The notes beneath the pieces are model-generated. The model had not been told where the DNA came from, did not search any database, and saw only the letters and a program-made list of their open reading frames with translations. This document shows positions 39,460 through 47,843 of a stretch of DNA of 64,000 nucleotides, one piece after another; position 1 is the stretch's first letter; every line of letters begins with the position of its first letter. Made by a program: the position numbers and the translations under genes. Origin of the DNA: Bdellovibrionales bacterium (lineage in GTDB: Bacteria > Bdellovibrionota > Bdellovibrionia > Bdellovibrionales > UBA1609); contig CBDHDF010000010.1 in assembly GCA_965261545.1 (NCBI GenBank), positions 32,001 to 96,000 on the forward strand. The letters are read 5' to 3'.

Positions 39460-42400
39460 TTACTTTTTCAGTCCTTTTTCTAGTTCTTGGCAGGTGGGTT
39501 TCATGGCGGCAATAACTGCTTTTGAAATTGCAATATGGGCGATGTCACGAACGCAACTGACAGGTTTGTAGATCACAAATAAATATCCTGTTAAGCGACC
39601 TCCCATAAGACGTCCTATTTCTCTCACATTTTTAATGGTGTCGAGGAGGGCAATATTTTGTCCCTCACGAAAGCAAGAACTGGACCCTGGACTTATCATT
39701 TGCCAGGTTTCCCCAAAGCTTGAGGGTGTGGCCATAAAGACTTCTGATGAAATCGACTTCATCCGTGAAGCGATCATCAAGGCCCCGGTGAGAGTGGCAG
39801 GCCCGTTGTAGCTGCCCATTCTTGGGTAAAAAATTCCCCAACCATTGCAGGCAGAATGGCTGGAGGGCGGAAAGATGGGAAGCTGGGGAAGCTTCACGCT
39901 GCACATGGGAGAATCGGGGGCATAAGAAGCATCCGTCCCTCCTGTTGCCGAAGTCATGGCCCCTTTGATAAGGCAAGCTTTGGGAGAGAGCGACCAAGCA
40001 AGAAAATTCGGTTGGAAGCTGTCGCTGATCCCAGTGGACCAGTGCTTATGAATATGCTCGCTCATTCCATCAAAGCACAGCTTGGGAATCCGAATTCCAC
40101 CACAGGGAAGTATGCCAAATGGAATCTGAGCGAGGGGCACGGAGAGAGTTCTGGCATGATAGGATTGGGTGTCTTCATCGTTGGCCACTCCAAAGGGAGC
40201 AAGAGTTTTCACAGTGGACAACTGGAGGGCTGCGCCTGGGAGCTTGTGGAAATGTGAGTGACCTGCACGGGGTGAGACTTCAATAAAAGTTTGAGGGACA
40301 TTGTAGCTGAAGCGAGCACAAGGGCGTGGTGGGAAACCACACATTGTCATTGAGTATTTGAAGTTTAGGCAAGAGTTAAATTCCACAGTATTGACGATCG
40401 AGCAGATATTGGGGAAAGCTTGGGCCTTGTGAGTCAATGCCAGAGGAGTTATGAGAGTCACAAGGGTCAGGCATATGGTGAAAAGATGCATGGTATGTAG
40501 GGCTGGTGTGGCTGGGGCCAAATATGTGGCCAAAGTCAACCATGTGGTGGCGTTGGCCCGCCCGCCCAGCTTGGCATTGGACTTTTTAAAGCCCTCAACG
40601 AACTTTTTGAAAGAAGGCAGGAGAGGCTTTTTTTGAAGCCACTTAAGGACTTTTGTGTGCTTGGTGTTTTGCTTTTTGAGAAAATAGGGTTTTAAGAAAA
40701 GCTTATAGAAGTTAGTTTCTATGCCATCATACACTTGTACAAAGGCTTCAAAGGACTTGAGCCTTGAAAAGTCCTTTCCTGTGATGAGGAATTCCTTTTG
40801 TTGGCTGGTACTGATGGATTCGTTAATATTGGCATCCTTTGAGTCAAAGCCACCGAGAATGAAGTTTCGAGTGGTCCTTTGAGATTGCTCAGAAAGGCTC
40901 CGACTGGTTTTTTCCTGATCCTCTTGTCCCATCAACTCTTTAAAGTTACGAATGGTGTCAATGTCGGAAGAATGGCAAGCAATCCTTGTACGAAAGTTTT
41001 GGATCAGTTCCTTGGCTGCTGTCTCACTGCCAATGGCATTGTAAATGGAACTTAGGCTCTGGGAGGCTGCGAGAAAGAAGAAATTGGCCTCACGACCCTT
41101 GGCACATATTTTATCATCACCCATGGAGCCTCCATGGCCAACGGAGACGATATCTTGGTACTCATCAGCGATCAGGGCTGTCAGAATGTTTCTGGGGCGG
41201 CTGGTGTCTTTTAGGCGGTTTAATACAGACCTCTCATAGTGGAGCTTAATAAAAGTACCCATGGAGCGGCAAAGGGCCTCATGGTTTACATTGAAAAGAA
41301 GAACTTTTCCATTATCAACAATCTCATCCATGGATGGGATCGTGAGGTCTTCTTTTTTGGGACAGAAGATTTGAGCCGCCTTGTAGTTTTGGAATTGATT
41401 GAGAAATGTGGTGGAACTCACCAAAACGCCAGACCTGAACTTGTCTTCAAAGAGTGAGTATTCCTTGAAATATTGGAGGGCGCACTGGATGTTGTACCTT
41501 TCCTCCTCATCAAAGCGGCTCTTTTCCAAAGATGCTTTTAGGTTTTGCGTGACTTCTGTTGAGTCTGCGATGAGCATGGTTTTGTAGCAATCAAGCAAGG
41601 TGAAGTAATCAAATACGGCGGCACAGTAGACGATGACATTTTTTGTAAGGTTGAAAGCGGAGTCCTCCCAAATGGGTGACTCATTGGATTTGCCTGAAAA
41701 GTTCTTTGCCGCAGCCCGTATCATATTGGCAACTTCCAGATAGTTTGAATTTTTCAAGGTGTTGTCAATATAGACAGGGTTAAATGTTTGCATAGACTCC
41801 CCTACGGAACCATGGGGGTCTTTGATATCTCCAAGGTAAACGCACTGATCTACCAGGTCATGTTTTTGAAGTATTTTGGAAGCCTTTTCAATAAAACTGC
41901 CCTTGGGGTCGAGTATCAAGGCGGCTGGTTTGTGTGAAAATTGGGTAAAGAGTTGGTCGACATAGTTCAAGATGGTTCCTTGTGTTTTTCCAGTCCCTAT
42001 GGAACCTGTGACTAAAATATTTCCATTCAATGCTTTTTGGGGAATAGTGAGCCACTTCGGACGCTCCGTTTTGTCAAATGCGTCTGTCTCCTCTCCAATA
42101 GAGCCTAAAGTGAGGCCATCCCTAAAGCGTGATTTTCTGGGCAGTGTTTTATCGAGCTTAAGGAACCTTTGGGTTATTAATAAAATAGAAATTGATCCAT
42201 ACAAGACAATGCTTAAGGATAGTAAGAATGAGCCATTAAGAAATATGCTAAGATATTGAAGCATTCTCTGAGAAAAAATATCCCCATAGGATGAGAGGCT
42301 ATGTGTTGTATATAGCTCAAATGGCACCCAAAATAGGCCGGCCAACAGTAGGCAAAGCAGAGTCTTTGAAAAAACTTCTTTTCCATTCATTTTTTCCTTT

Positions 42401-42702
42401 TTGATGCTTCGCAAACGACTCCCTTGCTTCTTATAGCCCAAGACTCTTTCAAGGATGAGTGTCATCATCAGGGCATTGGCTGAGACAGAAGCCAAGCCTA
42501 TGAGGAGAAAGTCTTGTGTCTCACCAAAAGCCTTTTCAAGGTGAATCCAGTGCAACACAATGGACTCATAGTGACTCAGGCCAAAAAGTGTTAGGAGAAC
42601 AAGGGCGAGAAGACCAATGGCTGCCAGGGGAGAAATATCATCTTTTTTCATTTGTGACCTCTTGTGTGAGACTTGTGAGATTGCATGTTCTTTGTAAAGC
42701 AT
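39460..42702 (-). CDS. Type IV coupling protein (TraD/VirD4-like) fused to a Cys-rich TraU-like domain
   Basis: N-terminal TMs, TGSIGTGKT, LDPKG, IADEYQ, ASQSLS; then an internal signal-like segment and a Cys-rich domain with GWGIFYPRMG and WQMISP. Confidence 0.8.
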   Translation of the reverse strand: MLYKEHAISQVSHKRSQMKKDDISPLAAIGLLALVLLTLFGLSHYESIVLHWIHLEKAFGETQDFLLIGLASVSANALMMTLILERVLGYKKQGSRLRSIKKEKMNGKEVFSKTLLCLLLAGLFWVPFELYTTHSLSSYGDIFSQRMLQYLSIFLNGSFLLSLSIVLYGSISILLITQRFLKLDKTLPRKSRFRDGLTLGSIGEETDAFDKTERPKWLTIPQKALNGNILVTGSIGTGKTQGTILNYVDQLFTQFSHKPAALILDPKGSFIEKASKILQKHDLVDQCVYLGDIKDPHGSVGESMQTFNPVYIDNTLKNSNYLEVANMIRAAAKNFSGKSNESPIWEDSAFNLTKNVIVYCAAVFDYFTLLDCYKTMLIADSTEVTQNLKASLEKSRFDEEERYNIQCALQYFKEYSLFEDKFRSGVLVSSTTFLNQFQNYKAAQIFCPKKEDLTIPSMDEIVDNGKVLLFNVNHEALCRSMGTFIKLHYERSVLNRLKDTSRPRNILTALIADEYQDIVSVGHGGSMGDDKICAKGREANFFFLAASQSLSSIYNAIGSETAAKELIQNFRTRIACHSSDIDTIRNFKELMGQEDQEKTSRSLSEQSQRTTRNFILGGFDSKDANINESISTSQQKEFLITGKDFSRLKSFEAFVQVYDGIETNFYKLFLKPYFLKKQNTKHTKVLKWLQKKPLLPSFKKFVEGFKKSNAKLGGRANATTWLTLATYLAPATPALHTMHLFTICLTLVTLITPLALTHKAQAFPNICSIVNTVEFNSCLNFKYSMTMCGFPPRPCARFSYNVPQTFIEVSPRAGHSHFHKLPGAALQLSTVKTLAPFGVANDEDTQSYHARTLSVPLAQIPFGILPCGGIRIPKLCFDGMSEHIHKHWSTGISDSFQPNFLAWSLSPKACLIKGAMTSATGGTDASYAPDSPMCSVKLPQLPIFPPSSHSACNGWGIFYPRMGSYNGPATLTGALMIASRMKSISSEVFMATPSSFGETWQMISPGSSSCFREGQNIALLDTIKNVREIGRLMGGRLTGYLFVIYKPVSCVRDIAHIAISKAVIAAMKPTCQELEKGLKK

Positions 42703-42866
42703 CGTTCTTTCAGGTTGAACTCAATATTGGCACAGTTCCCATCATGGACCTGAATCACAAAGCTCCCGTACTTCATAGGGAAGTGTGCTTTCTTGGACAC
42801 ATGTGCAATGAGCCTCTCAACGGCTTCTTTGATGATTATTTCGTCTTTCACATTTTCTAAATTCAT
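42648..42866 (-). CDS. Small DUF2292/YezD-like protein
   Basis: YGSFVIQVHDG motif; AAGGA RBS. Confidence 0.55.
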   Translation of the reverse strand: MNLENVKDEIIIKEAVERLIAHVSKKAHFPMKYGSFVIQVHDGNCANIEFNLKERCFTKNMQSHKSHTRGHK

Positions 42867-43049
42867 TTGACTGATTCCTTCTTTATTCCTTGTGGAATGA
42901 TTAAAAATGGTATTCGTTTTTTTAATCGCTTCAGTTCACTCGAACTTCTTAGTATTTCTGAGCCTTTTAGAGGCTTCTTAGAAATCCTTAAAATTTCAAA
43001 TTTTTTGAGTCCTTAGGCTTCTATGAATCCCAAGAAATTCTTATAATTC

Positions 43050-43541
43050 CTAGAAACAAACTGCATGTTTCTCTCTTTCCCTCCTTGGCCTATCTTTCCT
43101 TGGCTTTGTGGAGGTCATGCGCTTTATCAGTATCATCCCTAAACTTTTTAGGGCTCGGTCCCTTATGCGAGACACAGCGTAGGCTGAAATTTCCAGTCTC
43201 TCACCTGTTTCTCGTAGATTCAGACCACCCAAGAAGAGAAAATTTAAAACCGCTCTTTGTTTAAAAGTGAGTTCTTTGGTGGCATCGAGCAAATATCTCT
43301 GGAGAACGAGTGACTCCTTTCCATCAAGTATAAAGCAGGTATCACCTGCCTCTTGGGGGTATTCCTCAATAAGAACTGGATCATCTAAGAGAACTTCCTC
43401 CTGGTTGACCTCAATGGTTTTTAGGTAATCCTCCCAAGTTGAGAGGCTCCAACTCTCACAGGATCTTTTGATTTCCTTTTCTGATTTCGGTGTTCTGTCG
43501 GGGCTCAACCATGGCGTTTTATTTTGCATTTTTCTTCTCAT
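43050..43541 (-). CDS. Sigma-70 region-4-type HTH regulator
   Basis: LTFKQRAVL...LNLRETGERLEISAYAVSRIRDRALKSL; AAGGAGG RBS. Confidence 0.75.
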   Translation of the reverse strand: MRRKMQNKTPWLSPDRTPKSEKEIKRSCESWSLSTWEDYLKTIEVNQEEVLLDDPVLIEEYPQEAGDTCFILDGKESLVLQRYLLDATKELTFKQRAVLNFLFLGGLNLRETGERLEISAYAVSRIRDRALKSLGMILIKRMTSTKPRKDRPRREREKHAVCF

Positions 43542-43791
43542 TTTTCTTGCCTCCTTACTAATAGTGTTTTTTTCAACCGTTTCAACCGGGTGAATTGGGC
43601 CAAATTTTCATCAAAATTTCTGAAGATTTTTATTCATATTTTTGGATAAATTCTCTTAACGTCCTGTTTTTACTAAATATTTCTTCCAAAAAAATCTTAA
43701 AAAATTCTCAGGTTTTATTTCTTCTTTTTATTAAAAAAATATTTTTATATTTTTTTTATGAGATTATTTCTCTAATATTTATAATTTTCTT

Positions 43792-44193
43792 CTATGAGTA
43801 TTTAATTTTAAATTCCTTGAAACAAAGAATTTTTCCATGGCTAAGAGCACCTCCTTTCTGTAGTTCCAAACTTCCTTTTGAAGGAGTGACAAATTTTGTC
43901 CATTTTTTGTTTAACAGTGATTTCTTTGATGGCATCGAGAAATATCTCTGATCGGGCAACTCCCTGGCATCCAGTATGGATTTATGGAAGGCATCACTTG
44001 CCTCTTGGGAGTATTCCTCAATAAGAACTGGGTCATCTAAGAGAACTTCCTCTTGATTAATTTCAGTGGATTTTAGATAGTCTTCCCAATCTGAGGGACT
44101 CCAACTTTTACAGGACCTTGTGATTTCCTCTTCTGATTTCGGTGTCCCGTCTGGGTTCAACCATGGCGTTTTATTTTGCATTTTTCTTCTCAT
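43792..44193 (-). pseudogene. Truncated tandem duplicate of the region-4 HTH regulator
   Basis: Same N-terminus (MRRKMQNKTPWL) but the HTH is lost; part of an approximately 650-bp tandem duplication. Confidence 0.7.
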
Positions 44194-44529
44194 TTTTCTT
44201 ACCTCCTTACTAATAGTGTTTTTTTCAACCGTTTCAACCGGGTGAATTGGGCCAAATTTTCATCAAAATTTCTGAAGATTTTTATTCATATTTTTGGATA
44301 AATGTTATTAACGTCCTGTTTTTACTAAATATTTCTTCCAAAAAAATCTTAAAAAATTCTCAGGTTTTATTTCTTCTTTTTATTAAAAAAATATTTTTAT
44401 ATTTTTTTTATGAGATTATTTCTCTAATATTTATAATTTTCTCCTATGCGTATTTAAATTTTAAATTCCTTGAAACAAGGGATATTTCTATGATTAAAAG
44501 CACCTCCTTTCTGTATGTTCCAAACTTCC

Positions 44530-44680
44530 TTTTGAAGGAGTGACAAATTTTGTCCATCCTGTTTATCTTTAAATCTAAGAAGTCAGAACTCATTGATCTT
44601 TCTTCTTTCAAGAAGTGACAAATTTTGTCCATCCTATTTACCTTTAAATCTAAGAAGTCAGAACTCATTAATCTTTCTTC
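44530..44680. repeat. Two 75-bp tandem units containing palindrome GACAAATTTTGTC
   Basis: GTGACAAATTTTGTCCATCCT...AAATCTAAGAAGTCAGAACTCATT occurs twice; a third palindrome copy lies near 43888. Confidence 0.8.
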
Positions 44681-44692
44681 TCTCTATGACTA

Positions 44693-44710
44693 TTGCTAAA
44701 AACATGCCAA
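44693..44710 (-). promoter_or_regulatory. Putative sigma-54 (-24/-12) promoter facing the tra operon
   Basis: Minus strand TTGGCATGTTTTTAGCAA: GG-N10-GC, close to consensus TGGCACG-N4-TTGC. Confidence 0.65.
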
Positions 44711-44945
44711 TAGGTTAAATTCTTTAAACATCTGTTATTACAAATGAAATTGGGATTTATAAAATTATTATCACTTCAAAAAACATTCTATATTCTGAAT
44801 TTTAAACGTAAATAAATTTCAAAACAGAATTTTATAAAAACAATTTTTGTATTTTTATAAATTTATTTATGTTTTTTCTTAGAAATGAGAAATAAATATT
44901 TGAATTATACTTTAAAATAAGATATATTTATTTTAACCACTCACC

Positions 44946-45084
44946 ACTGCCTCTCTGTAAGAAGAAAGATGTAGAGCTACAAACTCACATATTTGACTTC
45001 TGAATCCAAGGGGAGGCGAGCAGCTACAAAAAAAATAAATGTTTGAAACTTCCTAGTTGCATACTGCCTCTCTGTAAGAAGAAA
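44946..45084. repeat. 22-bp direct repeat pair ACTGCCTCTCTGTAAGAAGAAA
   Basis: Exact copies at 44946-44967 and 45063-45084. Confidence 0.8.
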
Positions 45085-45226
45085 ATGGAAGTTATTGGAT
45101 TGGTAACTTATTTTTCATCGTAAAGATGGAAAAAAATGAATTGTTATTGAAAAAGAAAATTTGATTGTTCAAAGAATAGGTAAATAAAAATAGTAAGAAA
45201 CGATAGGCAAGAAGGTAGATTGAAAA

Positions 45227-46774
45227 ATGGAAAATATTAGTATTTTAATAGTTGATGATAATGAATCCGCCCGATTGAGCCATCAACTCTCCGTGAATAC
45301 TCTATTTAAAAGCTATGAATCTTCAAAGTTAAAAGTATACTTGGCTTCCGATGCTGAAGAAATGCTCCTTTATCTAAAGTCTGAAAAATTTCATGTTGTT
45401 CTTCTCGATCATAATCTTGGTGAAGATAATGATGGCGAAATGGTAGATGGAGTCAGCCTCATACCCTCAATCCTTAAAATACAGCCCAACACAAGAATTC
45501 TTGTCATTACATCGTTCCAAAAGCAGAGTCAAATGACCCAGCTTGCAGTGCAAGCCATGGAAAATGGAGCGAGAGGATTTATCACCAAGGGAACCAGTGA
45601 TGAAGAGATCAAGTATAAGAATCAACAGATTCTAAACGCTCTTCAAGAAGCTCAATTTGAAATTGAATCTTTACAAAGTCAATTTATTCCTTCAGAGATG
45701 GGTGATGACTATATATGTAAGTCAAAGGCTATGAGACGAATTGACACACAGATTAGATCCTTATCAGAGGTTAATGCCCCTGTTTTATTTTTAGGATCCT
45801 CTGGTCTAGGTAAGACTCATGCCGCAAAAAGGCTCAATGAACTATCTCGTATTTTTTATAACCAGACAAAAAGGCCATTTGCTAATATCAACGTCAATGC
45901 TTTGTCAGAAAAACTGATTGAGTCTGAGCTTTTTGGTCACGAAAAGGGAGCCTTCACAGGGGCTATCAAACAAAAACAGGGCTTATTTGAATTGGCGTCA
46001 GGTGGAGATATTCTTTTGGATGAAATTGGTGATGCCTCTTTAGATCTACAGGCGAAACTCTTAAAGGTTGTTGAAGAAAAGACTTTTCGTCGAGTTGGTG
46101 GGGAACAAGATATAAAAAGCAGTGCAAGGATTATATTTGCAACCAACAAGAATTTAGAAGAAATGGTTGAAAAATGTAAGTTTAAGTATGATCTGTACGG
46201 GCGTATTTGTGCATTTAAAATTCAAATGCCAGAACTTAAGAATAGGAAACAGGATATACCATATATTTGTGAAAATATTGCTCAAAAATTAAAGAAAGAA
46301 CATCATTTATCTATCTCATACAACGACTTTCCTTCTTTATTAAAAGAATATTTTCAGAGGGATGACATTCCATTCAATATCAGAGGGATCAGAAATGACC
46401 TCGAAAGACTGATGTTCCTTTGCCCGAAGAAAAAAAATGGGTCCATTGACTATACTAAGTGGGGCAGTGTTTTAGGCTATGAAACGACTATGGAGATTGA
46501 AAGTAGAAATTCCAATGATATTCATAAATTAATGGATATTATAATTTCTCAAATTGGTGAAATTGGATGGCCTGGTATTTCTGCTTTGAAGGACAGGTTA
46601 GAGCAAAAAGCCTTCATTGCGGCCTACAAGAAGTATCCGAAGAATACACAACGAGCTAAGGCACTTGGTTTGTCAGCATCTGTAGCTTCAACAAAGATCA
46701 AAAGATATTTAAAGAAAGATAATTATTTAAAGGAAGAAAATAGAAAAGAAGAAAAACAAAAAATGAGTGTATAA
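45227..46774 (+). CDS. Sigma-54-dependent response regulator (NtrC-like enhancer-binding protein)
   Basis: Receiver ILIVDD...VLLD; AAA+ GSSGLGKT, ESELFGHEKGAFTGA, LLDEIG, RIIFATN; C-terminal HTH. Confidence 0.92.
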   Translation: MENISILIVDDNESARLSHQLSVNTLFKSYESSKLKVYLASDAEEMLLYLKSEKFHVVLLDHNLGEDNDGEMVDGVSLIPSILKIQPNTRILVITSFQKQSQMTQLAVQAMENGARGFITKGTSDEEIKYKNQQILNALQEAQFEIESLQSQFIPSEMGDDYICKSKAMRRIDTQIRSLSEVNAPVLFLGSSGLGKTHAAKRLNELSRIFYNQTKRPFANINVNALSEKLIESELFGHEKGAFTGAIKQKQGLFELASGGDILLDEIGDASLDLQAKLLKVVEEKTFRRVGGEQDIKSSARIIFATNKNLEEMVEKCKFKYDLYGRICAFKIQMPELKNRKQDIPYICENIAQKLKKEHHLSISYNDFPSLLKEYFQRDDIPFNIRGIRNDLERLMFLCPKKKNGSIDYTKWGSVLGYETTMEIESRNSNDIHKLMDIIISQIGEIGWPGISALKDRLEQKAFIAAYKKYPKNTQRAKALGLSASVASTKIKRYLKKDNYLKEENRKEEKQKMSV

Positions 46775-46794
46775 ACTCAAAGGAGAAACATGTT

Positions 46795-47706
46795 ATGAAA
46801 AAAGAATTGTTATTATTTAAAATATTAAAGAATTTATTCACAAGAACTCTTATCCAAAATGGTAATTCTAAAAGAAATTTTATCGTTTCATTGAGCGTTC
46901 TTATCATCCATGCATGGGCTATTAACGCCAATACCACAGAAGATACTACAAAAAGTGGGTCACAAGACACTCTGCAAATAAAAGGAGAGGATGGAAGTAC
47001 CTATTCACCAGATGATTACTACATTGGTGTTTTTGTGGGCCAAGCCAAAGGGCAGAATACACACGTTGATACAGAAGGATTTGCCAATTGGGGAAATCCA
47101 GGAGCTTCTACCGACTATTCCGACACAGGGTCTGTTGGTGGTTTACTCATTGGAAAGCAGTTGAGAATTAACGGTGTCCCTGTTCGGATTGAACTGGATG
47201 GTACCCTTGGTGACATCTCGGCAAGCACAAACAAGCTCGATCCAAAGGGCTTAGACGAAACAGCCACTTCAGAGATTCCGTGGCTGGTCACCTTAAAGGC
47301 CGGTATTGAGCATCAACTGGGGCCTGCCACTTTGTTTGCCAACGGAGGCTTAGCGGTGGCTCGAATTAACAATTCTGTGATTGATATTGATTTTGGTCCA
47401 AATACACCTGCACACAGGGATCTTGATGATTCTTTCACTGACAGCTCCACTCAACTAGGTTGGGTTGTGGGAGTCGGAGGAGAAGTGCCTTTAAATCAAG
47501 AAGCTAAAGGATCTTCCCACAAAGATGGAGCCTGGCTTTTACGGATGGAAGGCTCTTATATCAATTTAGGAGAGCAAGATTATAGCGTCAATCATTCAGG
47601 AAATAATAGTTGTGGAGCAGGTGGGCCTCGCAGACCTTGTTCTTACAGTATTAAAAACGAAGTAGGAATGATTCGCTTAGCTATTATTCGTCGATTCTCT
47701 TTGTAG
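46795..47706 (+). CDS. Outer-membrane beta-barrel protein
   Basis: Signal peptide, amphipathic strands, GWVVGVGGE, LRMEGSY, aromatic residue near the C-terminus. Confidence 0.75.
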   Translation: MKKELLLFKILKNLFTRTLIQNGNSKRNFIVSLSVLIIHAWAINANTTEDTTKSGSQDTLQIKGEDGSTYSPDDYYIGVFVGQAKGQNTHVDTEGFANWGNPGASTDYSDTGSVGGLLIGKQLRINGVPVRIELDGTLGDISASTNKLDPKGLDETATSEIPWLVTLKAGIEHQLGPATLFANGGLAVARINNSVIDIDFGPNTPAHRDLDDSFTDSSTQLGWVVGVGGEVPLNQEAKGSSHKDGAWLLRMEGSYINLGEQDYSVNHSGNNSCGAGGPRRPCSYSIKNEVGMIRLAIIRRFSL

Positions 47707-47843
47707 TGATTTTTGTAACTATCCCCTTGGCTTCAAAAAGAAGCCTTTGGGTTTGCTCCTTGTCTTTCTATTTTTACAGAGGGGTAGAGTCGAATAGTTA
47801 CTGATTTTTAAGATTATATATAAAATTAATGGAGAAATGAGTC

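Noticed and set aside
43595..44543. Plus-strand Phe/Ile/Leu-rich ORFs 43595..43951 and 44247..44543
   Set aside because: AT-rich duplicated DNA antisense to the operon, TTG starts, no convincing RBS.
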